Origin: Actinomycetota bacterium
Lineage (GTDB): Bacteria > Actinomycetota > Actinomycetes > S36-B12
Reading direction: 5' to 3'
DNA length: 64,000 bases
Assembly: GCA_027729805.1 (NCBI GenBank)
Contig: JAQCEO010000002.1
Span: forward strand, 33,987 to 97,986
Position numbers and translations under genes: made by a program. Below, one piece after another: positions 47,141-57,142 of this stretch; positions within the stretch are counted from its first letter, which is position 1, and the number at the start of each line of letters is the position of its first letter. The notes under the pieces were generated by a model. It ran no database searches. It saw only the letters and a list, made by a program, of their open reading frames with translations, and was not told the DNA's origin.

Positions 47141-48460
47141 GTGAAGAGTGATATTGAGACCTTGTCGCCGACCCGGGTCAAGTTGACCATTGAAGTCCCA
47201 TTCGAGGAACTCAAGCCGAGTATGGACCTTGCCTACTCGCGCATCGCCAAGCAGGTCAACGTGCCCGGCTTTCGCAAGGGCAAGGTGCCGGCGCGCGTTA
47301 TTGAGCAGCGGGTAGGACGCGGCGCGGTACTCGAGGAGGCCGTCAACGACGCGGTCCCGAAGGCTTATGAAGAAGCCCTCCGCGCGAATAACGTCAAACC
47401 GATTGGCCGCCCAGAAGTTGATGTCACCTCGATGGAGGATGGCCAGAATCTGGCCTTCACCGCAGAGGTCGACGTCCGCCCGGAGTTTGAGCTGCCGGAT
47501 TTCTCCACCCTGCGCATAGAGGTTTTTGACGCCGAACCAAGTGACGAAGATGTGACGACCCAGGTCGATGCGCTCCGCACTCGCTTTGCGACGCTGAAGG
47601 ATGTGGATCGGGTTTGCGTAGACGGCGATGTGCTGCTCGTCGATATTTCCGGCGCCACCGATCAAGGTGATGCGGTGGAGGATCTCTCGGGCACGGCCTT
47701 GTCATATGAACTCGGCACCGATGGCATGCTGCCGGGCTTTGATGATGCGGTCCGCGGCGCGGCCAAGGACGAAACCCGCACCTTTGAGTTCACCCCGGAA
47801 AATGGCGACTGGACAGGTGTTCCACTCACCGTGACCGCGGTGGTGACCTCGGTCCGTGAGCGCGAGTTACCGGCACTTGATGATGAGTTCGCGCAGTTGG
47901 CCTCGGAATTCGACACCGTTGCCGATCTGCGCAGTGACGTCCGAAACCGCCTGGTACGCCTGAAGAAATTTGAGCAAGGTGCGCAGGCGCGCGACAATGT
48001 GCACGAAGCGTTGATGGAACAAATTGACATTCCATTGCCCGAGGGTGTTATCGCGGCGGAGATCGCTGATCATTTCGGTGACGGCCATGAAGCAAGTGCC
48101 GAGCACCGGGCCGAGATCGAGTCACAGGCGCGGGCGGGGTTAAAGAGTCAGTTGATTCTCGACAAGATCGCAGAAGTCGAGGAGGTATCGGTTGGCGAGA
48201 GTGAGTTGTCAGCCTGGCTGGTGCAACAGGCCCCCCGCCACGGGTTGGCACCGGATGCTTTTGCCCAGGCACTTGTTGAAGCCGGGCAGGTGCCGATGGC
48301 GATCATAGATATTCGCCGCGCCAAGGCACTGGCTGTGGTGATGGAGCAGGTAACCGTGGTCGATGCTTCGGGCAACCCGGTGGATCTAAAGGCCCTTGAT
48401 GCTGAGTTAAACGGCCCGCAGATTACCGAGATCCCGGCCCCGGTCGATACAGAAGAATAA
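47141..48460 (+). CDS. tig: Trigger factor
   Basis: VKSDIETLSPTRVKLTIEVPFEEL N-terminus, PPIase middle domain; 439 aa; conserved tig-clpP-clpX context. Confidence 0.95.
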   Translation: MKSDIETLSPTRVKLTIEVPFEELKPSMDLAYSRIAKQVNVPGFRKGKVPARVIEQRVGRGAVLEEAVNDAVPKAYEEALRANNVKPIGRPEVDVTSMEDGQNLAFTAEVDVRPEFELPDFSTLRIEVFDAEPSDEDVTTQVDALRTRFATLKDVDRVCVDGDVLLVDISGATDQGDAVEDLSGTALSYELGTDGMLPGFDDAVRGAAKDETRTFEFTPENGDWTGVPLTVTAVVTSVRERELPALDDEFAQLASEFDTVADLRSDVRNRLVRLKKFEQGAQARDNVHEALMEQIDIPLPEGVIAAEIADHFGDGHEASAEHRAEIESQARAGLKSQLILDKIAEVEEVSVGESELSAWLVQQAPRHGLAPDAFAQALVEAGQVPMAIIDIRRAKALAVVMEQVTVVDASGNPVDLKALDAELNGPQITEIPAPVDTEE

Positions 48461-48574
48461 TTTCAACGGTCGAAATATGGGTCAGGGTTCGGCTGGTGGC
48501 GAACTCACGCCAGTTGGGGAAGAACTGGTCGGCCCGCAAGGTTAAGGTCTGATGAGTGCGATAAAGGAGAGGCT

Positions 48575-49237
48575 TTGAGTCAGATTCAGATGAACGCCCA
48601 GGGCGGCCGGGTGCTACCCGAGCTGCGTGGTACCGGCGGCAGCATGACCGGTTTTGGTGACATGCTCGATGAGCGCTTGCTGCGTGAGCGCATCATCTGG
48701 CTTGAGGGCGAGGTGCGTGATGAGAACTCCAATCGCATCGCCAAGCAACTTCAGGTACTCGCGGCCGAGGATCCCGACAAAGACATCACCTTGTACATAA
48801 ACTCTCCCGGCGGCTCGATTACCGCGGGCATGGTCATCTACGACACTATGCAATTGATCCCAAATGACATCACCACGATTGCCATGGGGTTGGCGGCCTC
48901 GATGGGTCAGTTCCTGCTGTGCGCGGGTGCAGCGGGCAAGCGTTACGCGACCCCGAACACGCGCATCATGATGCACCAGCCCCTCGGCGGTATCGGTGGG
49001 ACGGCGAGTGATATCAAGATTCAAGCCGAGCAAATGCTGTTCATTAAGAAGCGTATGGCCCAACTCATCGCCGACCACAGTGGGCAAACCCTCGAGCAGA
49101 TCGAAGCCGACTCTGATCGTGACCGCTGGTTCAACCCCGAAGATGCCAAGGCCTACGGCCTAATTGATCACGTCTACAGCTCGGCGGAGGATGCACCACC
49201 AGTCAAGAGCCGCAAAACCAAGGGAGATGTCCGGTGA
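48575..49237 (+). CDS. clpP1: ATP-dependent Clp protease proteolytic subunit 1
   Basis: ClpP core with Ser (GLAASMG), His (MMHQP) and Asp regions. The N-terminal propeptide length is uncertain; an alternative ATG is at 48644. Confidence 0.9.
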   Translation: MSQIQMNAQGGRVLPELRGTGGSMTGFGDMLDERLLRERIIWLEGEVRDENSNRIAKQLQVLAAEDPDKDITLYINSPGGSITAGMVIYDTMQLIPNDITTIAMGLAASMGQFLLCAGAAGKRYATPNTRIMMHQPLGGIGGTASDIKIQAEQMLFIKKRMAQLIADHSGQTLEQIEADSDRDRWFNPEDAKAYGLIDHVYSSAEDAPPVKSRKTKGDVR

Positions 49238-49848
49238 GCCACCTGTTCCAGCCGAAGAGCCGCTACATCCTTCCTGAGTTTCGGGAGCGGCACGCAAATG
49301 GTGAGCGCATCCATAACCCGTACACGAAGTTGTTCGAGGAGCGCATCATCTTCTTAGGTGTGCAGATTGACGATGCTTCCGCTGACGACGTCATGGCCCA
49401 GCTGCTTTGCCTTGAGTCGATGGATCCAGATCGAGATATTCAGATCTACATCAACTCACCCGGCGGCTCCTATACCGCGATGACCGCGATCTACGACACG
49501 ATGCAATTCGTCAAGCCGCAAATTCAAACGGTGTGTCTAGGCCAAGCAGCTTCGGCCGCCGCGGTGGTATTGGCTGCCGGCACCCCGGGCAAGCGCTTTG
49601 CGCTCCCGCATGCGCGCATTTTGATCCACCAGCCCTATACCGAAGGTGGTGGCCAGGGCTCAGATATCGAGATCCAGGCCAATGAGATTTTACGCATGCG
49701 CGTTGAAATGGAAGGCATGCTCGCCAAGCACAGTGGCCGGACCCCGGAGGACGTCGCGAAAGATATTGAGCGCGACAAGATTCTGACGGCCGCCGATGCC
49801 AAGGAGTACGGCATTATTGACGCGGTAATCGCCTCCCGCAAGGTCTAA
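49234..49848 (+). CDS. clpP2: ATP-dependent Clp protease proteolytic subunit 2
   Basis: ClpP core ([14 protein letters not shown]); GTGA overlap with clpP1. Confidence 0.9.
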   Translation: MSHLFQPKSRYILPEFRERHANGERIHNPYTKLFEERIIFLGVQIDDASADDVMAQLLCLESMDPDRDIQIYINSPGGSYTAMTAIYDTMQFVKPQIQTVCLGQAASAAAVVLAAGTPGKRFALPHARILIHQPYTEGGGQGSDIEIQANEILRMRVEMEGMLAKHSGRTPEDVAKDIERDKILTAADAKEYGIIDAVIASRKV

Positions 49849-49997
49849 TAAGCCTCAAGGCCCACTTGAGAGTTAAGTGCGCGCCGATACCGTGCGGGTA
49901 CTGCCTCAACAGGGTACGGTCGTCCTAGCCCAGATCCCCGCTGGGTTCTTTGGCGAGCGCTTGCCACCGGATCAGCCAGTTGGAAGGGAGCCCCGCC

Positions 49998-51290
49998 GTG
50001 GCACGTATTGGCGAGAGCGGCGATCTACTCAAGTGCTCTTTTTGCGGTAAAAGCCAAAAGCAGGTCAAGAAACTCATTGCCGGCCCCGGGGTTTATATCT
50101 GCGATGAGTGCATCGATCTGTGCAATGAGATCATCGAGGAAGAACTCAACGAGGCCAGTGATCTGCAATTCGGGGAGCTACCAAAGCCGCGGGAGATCTA
50201 CGCTTTCTTGGATCAGTACGTAATCGGCCAGGATATTGCCAAAAAGTCGCTGTCGGTGGCGGTCTACAACCACTACAAGCGTGTTCAAGCCGAAGCCGGC
50301 GAAAAGCCCAAGGACGAACAAGTTGAACTTGCCAAGTCAAATATTTTACTGCTTGGCCCAACCGGCTCCGGCAAGACGCTGCTGGCCCAGACGCTGGCCC
50401 GCATGCTCAATGTCCCCTTCGCAATCGCCGATGCCACCGCATTGACCGAAGCGGGCTACGTCGGTGAGGACGTCGAGAACATTTTGCTGAAACTGATTCA
50501 AGCCGCCGACTACGACGTCAAGAAGGCCGAGACCGGCATCATCTACATCGACGAAATTGACAAGGTGGCCCGCAAGAGTGAAAACCCGTCAATCACCCGC
50601 GATGTATCGGGTGAAGGGGTGCAGCAAGCACTACTAAAGATTTTGGAAGGCACGACAGCTTCGGTTCCACCCCAAGGCGGGCGCAAGCACCCGCACCAAG
50701 AGTTTATTCAGGTCGACACCACAAATGTGCTGTTCATCGTAGGCGGCGCATTCTCGGGGCTAGACCACATCATTGAACAGCGGCTGGGGAAAAAGCGGGT
50801 TGGCTTCACTTTCGACATCGTCGAAGGTGAGCGCGTCGAAGCCGAGGAGACCAACCCGGACGACATCTTCTCTCATGTGATGCCCGAGGATCTCCTGAAG
50901 TTCGGCATGATCCCAGAGTTCATTGGCCGATTGCCGGTGTTCACCTCGGTCTCCAAGCTTGATCGGCCGGCCTTGGTTGCCGTGCTCACCGAGCCGAAGA
51001 ACGCTTTGGTCAAGCAGTACCAGCGACTCTTCAGTCTTGACGGTGTCGAGCTGGAGTTCGAGCCCGAGGCCTTGGGCGAGATCGCCGACCAGGCTTTGTT
51101 GCGGGGCACCGGTGCCCGTGGCCTGCGCGCCATCCTCGAGGAAGTCCTGCTGCATGTTATGTATGACGTACCCAGCCGTTCGGACATCGCCAAGGTGGTT
51201 ATCACCGGTGAAGTTGTGCGCGAAAAGGTGAATCCGACTCTGGTGCCGCGTTCGGCGCCGCGTCGAGTGCGCGGTGAGAAGTCCGCGTAA
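49998..51290 (+). CDS. clpX: ATP-dependent Clp protease ATP-binding subunit ClpX
   Basis: Zn-binding CSFCGKSQ...CDECIDLC, Walker [12 protein letters not shown] 49998 follows GGAAGGGAG. Confidence 0.95.
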   Translation: MARIGESGDLLKCSFCGKSQKQVKKLIAGPGVYICDECIDLCNEIIEEELNEASDLQFGELPKPREIYAFLDQYVIGQDIAKKSLSVAVYNHYKRVQAEAGEKPKDEQVELAKSNILLLGPTGSGKTLLAQTLARMLNVPFAIADATALTEAGYVGEDVENILLKLIQAADYDVKKAETGIIYIDEIDKVARKSENPSITRDVSGEGVQQALLKILEGTTASVPPQGGRKHPHQEFIQVDTTNVLFIVGGAFSGLDHIIEQRLGKKRVGFTFDIVEGERVEAEETNPDDIFSHVMPEDLLKFGMIPEFIGRLPVFTSVSKLDRPALVAVLTEPKNALVKQYQRLFSLDGVELEFEPEALGEIADQALLRGTGARGLRAILEEVLLHVMYDVPSRSDIAKVVITGEVVREKVNPTLVPRSAPRRVRGEKSA

Positions 51291-51551
51291 GTGTCCCCAA
51301 GGGATCTAAGCCCGACTTCTGGGCACCTAAAGGTGCTTCGGTAATTCACACGAGAACATCTTGGTGTTATTGAGCCACCACCCTAACTGGGGAGCAAGAT
51401 TTCCCACAGTTGCGATTGGTGCGGCCATTGGCACCACAGCAACTGCCCGGTGCCTTGCTTGGGTAGCTTGATTCGGCCAAACTGCGAACGAGATCGCCAA
51501 AATCTTTACTTTTGTGAATATATTCTTTACTATGTGGAAGTGGCCGGATCC

Positions 51552-51788
51552 GTGTCCAGTAAAGGGCAGATCACTATTCCTAAGCACGTGCGTGCTGCTC
51601 TTGGGATTGAGCCGGGGGATGCGTTGGAGTTTGAGGTGCGGGGCAATGAATTCATAGGTCGAAAAAAACCTCAATCCGATTCCGGTATTGACTGGGACCG
51701 CGTCTATGGGGTCGTTGACTTAGGTGGCCGCACAACCGATGACATCATGCGAGAGTTACGGCCCGTTCGTGCTTGGGATGATCAATGA
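51552..51788 (+). CDS. vapB: AbrB/SpoVT-domain antitoxin (VapB-like)
   Basis: SKGQITIPKHVRAALGIEPGDALEF looped-hinge-helix motif. The start is GTG 51552 (or 51534). Its stop overlaps the vapC ATG. Confidence 0.7.
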   Translation: MSSKGQITIPKHVRAALGIEPGDALEFEVRGNEFIGRKKPQSDSGIDWDRVYGVVDLGGRTTDDIMRELRPVRAWDDQ

Positions 51789-52192
51789 CAACGACGGCGG
51801 TTGATTCCAACATCCTGATTGACATTGTGAGCGCGGATCGCACTCACGGCCCTAGTTCGCGTGCCGCCGTTGAGCGTTGCGCGCGGGAAGGTTCGTTGAT
51901 TATTTCGCCAGAAGTAGTCGCCGAATTCACCGCAGGCTGCAGATCGGCCGCACAAGCCCTAGCCATTTTGCAGAAACTCACGATCAAATATGTAGATATT
52001 GGGCAATCGAACGCAGCCGCGGCGGGTGAAGTCCGAGGAAGAAAGAGCAGGAGTGGTCGGATCATTGCTGACTACTTGATTGCGGGACATGCGGCTACGC
52101 ACGCTGATCGCCTCTTGACCCGCGACATTGGCTTCACTCGCATGAACGTTCCGGGGCTAGTGGTTGTCAGACCTGACAACCTGCTGGCCTAG
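51785..52192 (+). CDS. vapC: PIN-domain ribonuclease toxin (VapC)
   Basis: N-terminal acidic motif AVDSNILIDI and C-terminal LLTRD; 135 aa; ATGA coupling to the antitoxin gene. Confidence 0.8.
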   Translation: MTTTAVDSNILIDIVSADRTHGPSSRAAVERCAREGSLIISPEVVAEFTAGCRSAAQALAILQKLTIKYVDIGQSNAAAAGEVRGRKSRSGRIIADYLIAGHAATHADRLLTRDIGFTRMNVPGLVVVRPDNLLA

Positions 52193-52287
52193 TTTTTACA
52201 TCGAATGTTGGATGCCCTGATGGAGCAGCGCCCAGAAAAGGCTGCGAATCTCGACCGCGTTGATTGGTTGTGATCAGCGGCGTGCGG

Positions 52288-54864
52288 CTAGTCCGGTGCG
52301 AGCACCGCAGTTATGCTGACTTGCTCGCCACTTTGCAGCACCAACTCGGTTACGCACCCGGCGGCTTGGATGTCGTCGGCGGCAAGTTGCAGGCGGTCAA
52401 GCATCTCGCTAGGTGCGGTGATGGTGGCCTGACTGAGCTTGGCCCGCATTGAAGCATTGGCATCGCTCTTAGCTTTGCGGATACCGGAGATGGCAATGGC
52501 CAGGTCGTCGAGCAACTTTGGGTCTTGGCCTTGGGCGAGTGCATTTAGGTTGGCACCGGCAGGCCAGGTCGAGCGGTGCACCGAGCCCACCTGCCACCAG
52601 CTCCAGACTTCCTCGGTGACAAATGGCATGAACGGCGCGAACAAGCCGAGCAAGGTTTTAAGGGTGATGGCCAACGTGGCTTTGGCTGAGTTCGCCTTGG
52701 CCGCACCTTGGGCGCCGTATGCGCGCTCTTTTACCAACTCGACATAGTCATCGGTGAAGTTCCAAAAGAACGCCTCGGTGACTTCCATGGCTTTGGCGTA
52801 GTTGAAGTCATCAAATGCCGTGGTCGCATTTTGCACCGTGGCCGCCAGTTGGGCTAGGAGCGCTTTGTCAACCGGCTCGGTGATTGTATTTTCGTCCTCG
52901 ATACCTTCGAGCATTAGCACGAATTTGCTGGCATTGAGAATCTTGATGGCAAGGCGGCGACCGATCTTCATCTGGCCGATATCAAATGCGGTGTCGGTGC
53001 CGGGGCGCCCTGATGCCGCCCAGTAGCGCACCGCATCGGAGGAGTATTCGTCCAGCAAGTCCATTGGCGTGACCACATTGCCCTTGGACTTGCTCATCTT
53101 CTTGCGGTCCGGATCCAAGATCCAGCCGGAGATGGCGGCGTGCGCCCAGGGCACGCAGTCACTTTCCAGGTCGGCGCGCACCACACTGCTAAAGAGCCAG
53201 GTGCGGATGATTTCGTGGGCTTGGGGGCGCACATCCATCGGGAATACGCGCGCCCAAAGATCGGCATCGCGCTCCCACCCGCCGGCGATCTGCGGGGTGA
53301 GTGAACTGGTGGCCCAGGTGTCCATCACATCGGGGTCACCGATGAAGCCACCGGGTACTCCGCGCTGGGCATTGGTGAAACCGGCGGGTGCATCGCTACT
53401 TGGGTCAATCGGTAGTTGGTCTTCGCGCGGGACGATCGGGGTGTCGTAGCGGGGGTTACCGGCAACATCTAGTGGATACCAAACCGGGAGTGGTACCCCG
53501 AAGAATCGTTGACGTGAGATCAGCCAGTCACCATTTAGGCCTTCGACCCAGTTTTCGTAGCGCACCAACATATGGGCCGGATGCCAAATGATATTTCGCC
53601 CGCGCTGTAGTAGTTCGTCTCGAAGTGCCAGGTTTCGCCCACCATTTGCGATGTACCACTGCCTGGTTGTGACAATCTCAAGTGGCTTATCGCCCTTCTC
53701 GAAGAACTTGACCGCATGGGTTATCGGCTTTGGATCACCAACCATGTCACCACTCGCGGTCAAAAGTTCAACAGTGCGCTCCTTGGCGGTGTGGGTGGTG
53801 GCGCCGACGAGTGCTAAATAATTTTTCTTTCCGATTTCACCGGTGATCCAGTCTGGAACATCGGGCAGGATGCGCCCGTCCCAGCCAATGATTGGTCGGG
53901 TTGGCAATTGCAATTCACGCCACCAGATGACGTCGGTTAGATCACCGAAGGTGCAAATCATCGCGATACCAGAACCTTTTTCGGGATCAGCAAGGTGGTG
54001 CGCGACTATCGGCACCTCGACCCCAAAGAGCGGGGTCGTGACGGTAGTGCCGAAAAGTGGTTGGTACCGCTCATCATTTGGGTTTGCGACGAGGGCGACG
54101 CAGGCGGCTATCAACTCTGGTCGAGTCGTCTCGATAAGGACTTTCTCATCGGGGTTAGAAGTCTTGCCAAACCCGATCCGGTGGTAGGCGCCCGGGCGTT
54201 CGCGGTCTTCAAGTTCGGCTTGGGCAACCGCGGTGCGGAAGGTGACATCCCAAAGGGTTGGCGCCTCTGATTGGTAGGCCTCACCGCGCCCCAGGTTCCG
54301 CAAGAACGCAAGTTGGCTCACCCGCTGGGCATTGGCATCAATTGTTTGATACGTCTGGCTCCAGTCAACTGACAGCCCCATGCGGCGCCAGAGTTCTTCG
54401 AAGACGACCTCATCTTCAACCGTTAACTTTTCGCAGAGCTCGACGAAGTTCTTGCGTGAGATTGGTTCTTGATGTTTCGCGTCAGGTTCGGCCGGTGGCG
54501 TGAAACTTGGATCGTAGGCAAGGCTTGGGTCACAGCGCACCCCGAAGTAGTTCTGCACCCGGCGCTCGGTCGGTAGTCCGTTGTCGTCCCAGCCCATCGG
54601 GTAGAAGACCTCAAGGCCGCGCATGCGCTGGTAGCGAGCGATGCAGTCGGTATGGGTATAGGAGAAGACGTGGCCAACATGTAGTGACCCGCTAACGGTC
54701 GGTGGCGGGGTGTCGATGGAGAAGACCTCTTCGCGGGTCTTGGTGCGGTCGAAGCGATAGGTGCCCTGCGTCTCCCAGGCCCGGGCCCACTTGGCCTCGA
54801 TGCCCTCAATACCGGGCTGCTCGGGCAACTTGGGCTTTGATGCTGGGGCGGTCATGGTTGGCAA
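52288..54864 (-). CDS. valS: Valine--tRNA ligase
   Basis: HIGH-type SLHVGHVFSY, KMSKSKGN and a C-terminal coiled-coil region; 858 aa. Confidence 0.95.
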   Translation of the reverse strand: MPTMTAPASKPKLPEQPGIEGIEAKWARAWETQGTYRFDRTKTREEVFSIDTPPPTVSGSLHVGHVFSYTHTDCIARYQRMRGLEVFYPMGWDDNGLPTERRVQNYFGVRCDPSLAYDPSFTPPAEPDAKHQEPISRKNFVELCEKLTVEDEVVFEELWRRMGLSVDWSQTYQTIDANAQRVSQLAFLRNLGRGEAYQSEAPTLWDVTFRTAVAQAELEDRERPGAYHRIGFGKTSNPDEKVLIETTRPELIAACVALVANPNDERYQPLFGTTVTTPLFGVEVPIVAHHLADPEKGSGIAMICTFGDLTDVIWWRELQLPTRPIIGWDGRILPDVPDWITGEIGKKNYLALVGATTHTAKERTVELLTASGDMVGDPKPITHAVKFFEKGDKPLEIVTTRQWYIANGGRNLALRDELLQRGRNIIWHPAHMLVRYENWVEGLNGDWLISRQRFFGVPLPVWYPLDVAGNPRYDTPIVPREDQLPIDPSSDAPAGFTNAQRGVPGGFIGDPDVMDTWATSSLTPQIAGGWERDADLWARVFPMDVRPQAHEIIRTWLFSSVVRADLESDCVPWAHAAISGWILDPDRKKMSKSKGNVVTPMDLLDEYSSDAVRYWAASGRPGTDTAFDIGQMKIGRRLAIKILNASKFVLMLEGIEDENTITEPVDKALLAQLAATVQNATTAFDDFNYAKAMEVTEAFFWNFTDDYVELVKERAYGAQGAAKANSAKATLAITLKTLLGLFAPFMPFVTEEVWSWWQVGSVHRSTWPAGANLNALAQGQDPKLLDDLAIAISGIRKAKSDANASMRAKLSQATITAPSEMLDRLQLAADDIQAAGCVTELVLQSGEQVSITAVLAPD

Positions 54865-54952
54865 TGGTATGCATCCGGGGCGGCCGCCTACTTAATCGGT
54901 CTCAGTCCGGACAGTTATCCACAGGAGACGGTGCGCACCTAGACTCATCGCT

Positions 54953-56308
54953 GTGCCGAGTGACCAAGATGCAGCCTCGCGGCTACCAACTTTATTGGCG
55001 CAGTTAGCGGCCCGGTGGCCGGAAAACCGCATCGAACCCTCACTGGCTCGTAGCGTAGCGGTGGTTGACCTGCTCGGTGATCCCCAGCGCACCTACCCGG
55101 TGATCCACGTAACGGGTACCAACGGCAAGACCTCGACCGCCCGGATGATCGAAGCCTTGCTTCGAGCCTTGGGTCTTCGTACCGGGTTATTTACCTCACC
55201 GCATTTACTCGACCCACGCGAACGCATCTGCTTCGACGGGCAGCCAATCTCAGCTGGACGTTTCCTGCGCACTTGGGATGACATCGCCCCATTCGTTGAG
55301 TTGGTCGATAAGCGCTCGGTGGCAGATGGTGGTGTTCCACTTTCCTTTTTTGAGGTGATGATGGCATTGGGGTTCGCGGCATTTGCTGATGCGCCGGTCG
55401 ATGTGGCGATCGTCGAAGTTGGCATGGGCGGCACGTGGGATGCAACCAATGTCGCCGATGGCATGGTCGCGGTGGTCACACCTATTGACATCGACCATGT
55501 TGAGTACCTTGGCGAAACAGTGGCGATGATTGCGCGCGAGAAGGCCGGCATCATCAAGGCCGATGCCTTCGTCGTGTTAGCCCAACAAGAACTTGCGGCG
55601 GCTGAGGTGTTGTTGGCGCGCAGCGCGGAGATGAATGCCACGGTAGCGCGGGAGGGCATGGAGTTCGGGGTGATGAGTCGCGAGATAGCCGTTGGCGGCC
55701 AGATGCTCACCTTGAAGGGGCTGCGCGCGGAGTACGAAGGTATTTTTCTACCGCTATTTGGCGAGCATCAGGGGGCCAATGCTGCCGTCGCCGTCGCTGC
55801 GGTCGAGGCGTTCATCGGTGGCGGCAATGAAGAGTTGGATATTGACGTCGTGCGTGAAGGCTTTGCATTGGTTTCATCACCGGGCCGGCTTGAAGTCGTG
55901 GCCCGTAACCCAACTGTCATCTTGGATGCGGCGCATAATCCACACGGTGCCCGAGCCTTGGCAACTGCCATGGCGGATTCATTTGATTTCACCCAATTGT
56001 TCGCGGTAGTCGGTGTGATGAATGACAAGGACGCGGCCGGCGTCTTAATGGCACTGGAGCCCGTTGTTGATCGCATCATCGTCACCGAGTCAACTTCTGG
56101 ACGGGCGATGCCAGGTGGCGCCTTGGCCGAAATTGCGAGTTCGATATATGGCGCCGACCGAGTGTGGGCCGAACCGGAACTGCTGGCTGCGGTGGATAGG
56201 GCCTTCGCCCTTGCCGAGGAGTCCGGTGAGTTTGGTGGCGTTGGCGTGCTGGTAACCGGCTCAGTCGCTCTTATTGGTGATGCCAAGCGCATGTACTCGG
56301 CCCGGTGA
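54953..56308 (+). CDS. folC: Bifunctional folylpolyglutamate synthase/dihydrofolate synthase
   Basis: Mur-ligase P-loop VTGTNGKTST; position after valS as in other actinobacteria. Confidence 0.9.
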   Translation: MPSDQDAASRLPTLLAQLAARWPENRIEPSLARSVAVVDLLGDPQRTYPVIHVTGTNGKTSTARMIEALLRALGLRTGLFTSPHLLDPRERICFDGQPISAGRFLRTWDDIAPFVELVDKRSVADGGVPLSFFEVMMALGFAAFADAPVDVAIVEVGMGGTWDATNVADGMVAVVTPIDIDHVEYLGETVAMIAREKAGIIKADAFVVLAQQELAAAEVLLARSAEMNATVAREGMEFGVMSREIAVGGQMLTLKGLRAEYEGIFLPLFGEHQGANAAVAVAAVEAFIGGGNEELDIDVVREGFALVSSPGRLEVVARNPTVILDAAHNPHGARALATAMADSFDFTQLFAVVGVMNDKDAAGVLMALEPVVDRIIVTESTSGRAMPGGALAEIASSIYGADRVWAEPELLAAVDRAFALAEESGEFGGVGVLVTGSVALIGDAKRMYSAR

Positions 56309-56679
56309 TTGAATGGACAAGTGATCAGATGAAGGTGCTGGGTTCAGTGATACTTGCGATCGAGGCGATCATCGTGCTGCTGGCCATCCCGGTGGCTGCC
56401 ACCAATGGTTCGGTCGCCAATCCTGGGCTCGCCATCGGTATGGGGGTGGGGCTCGCGTTGGTGTTAGTGCTTGCGATTGGCACGCTGCGCCGACCCTGGG
56501 GGGTAGGCGTTGGCTGGGTTTTGCAGGTTGCCGTTTTGGCACTTGGTCTCCTTGTTCCGCTCATGTTCATCGTGGGCGCCATCTTTGCGATCCTTTGGTT
56601 CTTCGCGATTCGAAATGGCCGCCGAGTGGATGCACTGCGGGCGGAACGTGCTTCCGGGTCAGGCGAGGGCACTGACTAG
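56305..56679 (+). CDS. Small integral membrane protein (DUF4233-like) conserved between folC and ndk
   Basis: 124 aa with 3-4 TM helices; GTGA overlap with folC. The family assignment rests on position and topology. Confidence 0.55.
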   Translation: MIEWTSDQMKVLGSVILAIEAIIVLLAIPVAATNGSVANPGLAIGMGVGLALVLVLAIGTLRRPWGVGVGWVLQVAVLALGLLVPLMFIVGAIFAILWFFAIRNGRRVDALRAERASGSGEGTD

Positions 56680-56730
56680 AGTTCGGGCAAGTCAGTACCT
56701 ACTCGATTAGTTAGTTAGGGAGTTAAGCCA

Positions 56731-57138
56731 GTGTCGGAGCGCACCCTTGTCCTGATCAAGCCAGATGGCGTGGCCCGCGGCTTGGTCGGAGAAGTCCTCG
56801 GACGCATTGAGCGTAAGGGCTTCAAAATCATTGCTTTAGAAATGCGCACCTTGTCGGCGGCTGTCGCTCAGGAGCACTACGGCGAACATGCCGATAAGCC
56901 ATTCTTTAGCGACCTCGTCAAATTCATTACCAGCGCGCCTTTGGTTGCCGCGGTGATCGAAGGCCCGGACGCGATCATGTCGTGGCGAGCCATGATGGGT
57001 GCCACCAATCCGGCTAACTCGGCACCGGGCACTATCCGCGGTGATCTCGCCACCGAGACCCAACTAAATGTTACGCACGGTTCGGATTCACCGGAGTCAG
57101 CAGCGCGGGAGATCGAGCTCTTCTTCCCGGGGCTGTAG
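56731..57138 (+). CDS. ndk: Nucleoside-diphosphate kinase
   Basis: [12 protein letters not shown]...NVTHGSDS (active-site His); 135 aa. Confidence 0.95.
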   Translation: MSERTLVLIKPDGVARGLVGEVLGRIERKGFKIIALEMRTLSAAVAQEHYGEHADKPFFSDLVKFITSAPLVAAVIEGPDAIMSWRAMMGATNPANSAPGTIRGDLATETQLNVTHGSDSPESAAREIELFFPGL

Positions 57139-57142
57139 TCCC

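Noticed and set aside
48493-48513. Imperfect inverted repeat CTGGTGGCGAACTCACGCCAG upstream of clpP1, considered as a ClgR-type operator
   Set aside because: The orientation and spacing of the GCGAAC/CGC elements do not fit the ClgR motif as I remember it (GTTCGC-N5-GCG), so I cannot support the call.
51327-51674. 115-aa minus-strand ORF antisense to the vapB region
   Set aside because: It overlaps the vapBC promoter and the antitoxin gene, has no motifs, and lies in an AT-rich region that probably generates the ORF by chance.
55093-55710. 205-aa minus-strand ORF inside folC
   Set aside because: Shadow ORF. The plus strand encodes the Mur-ligase P-loop and the full FolC.
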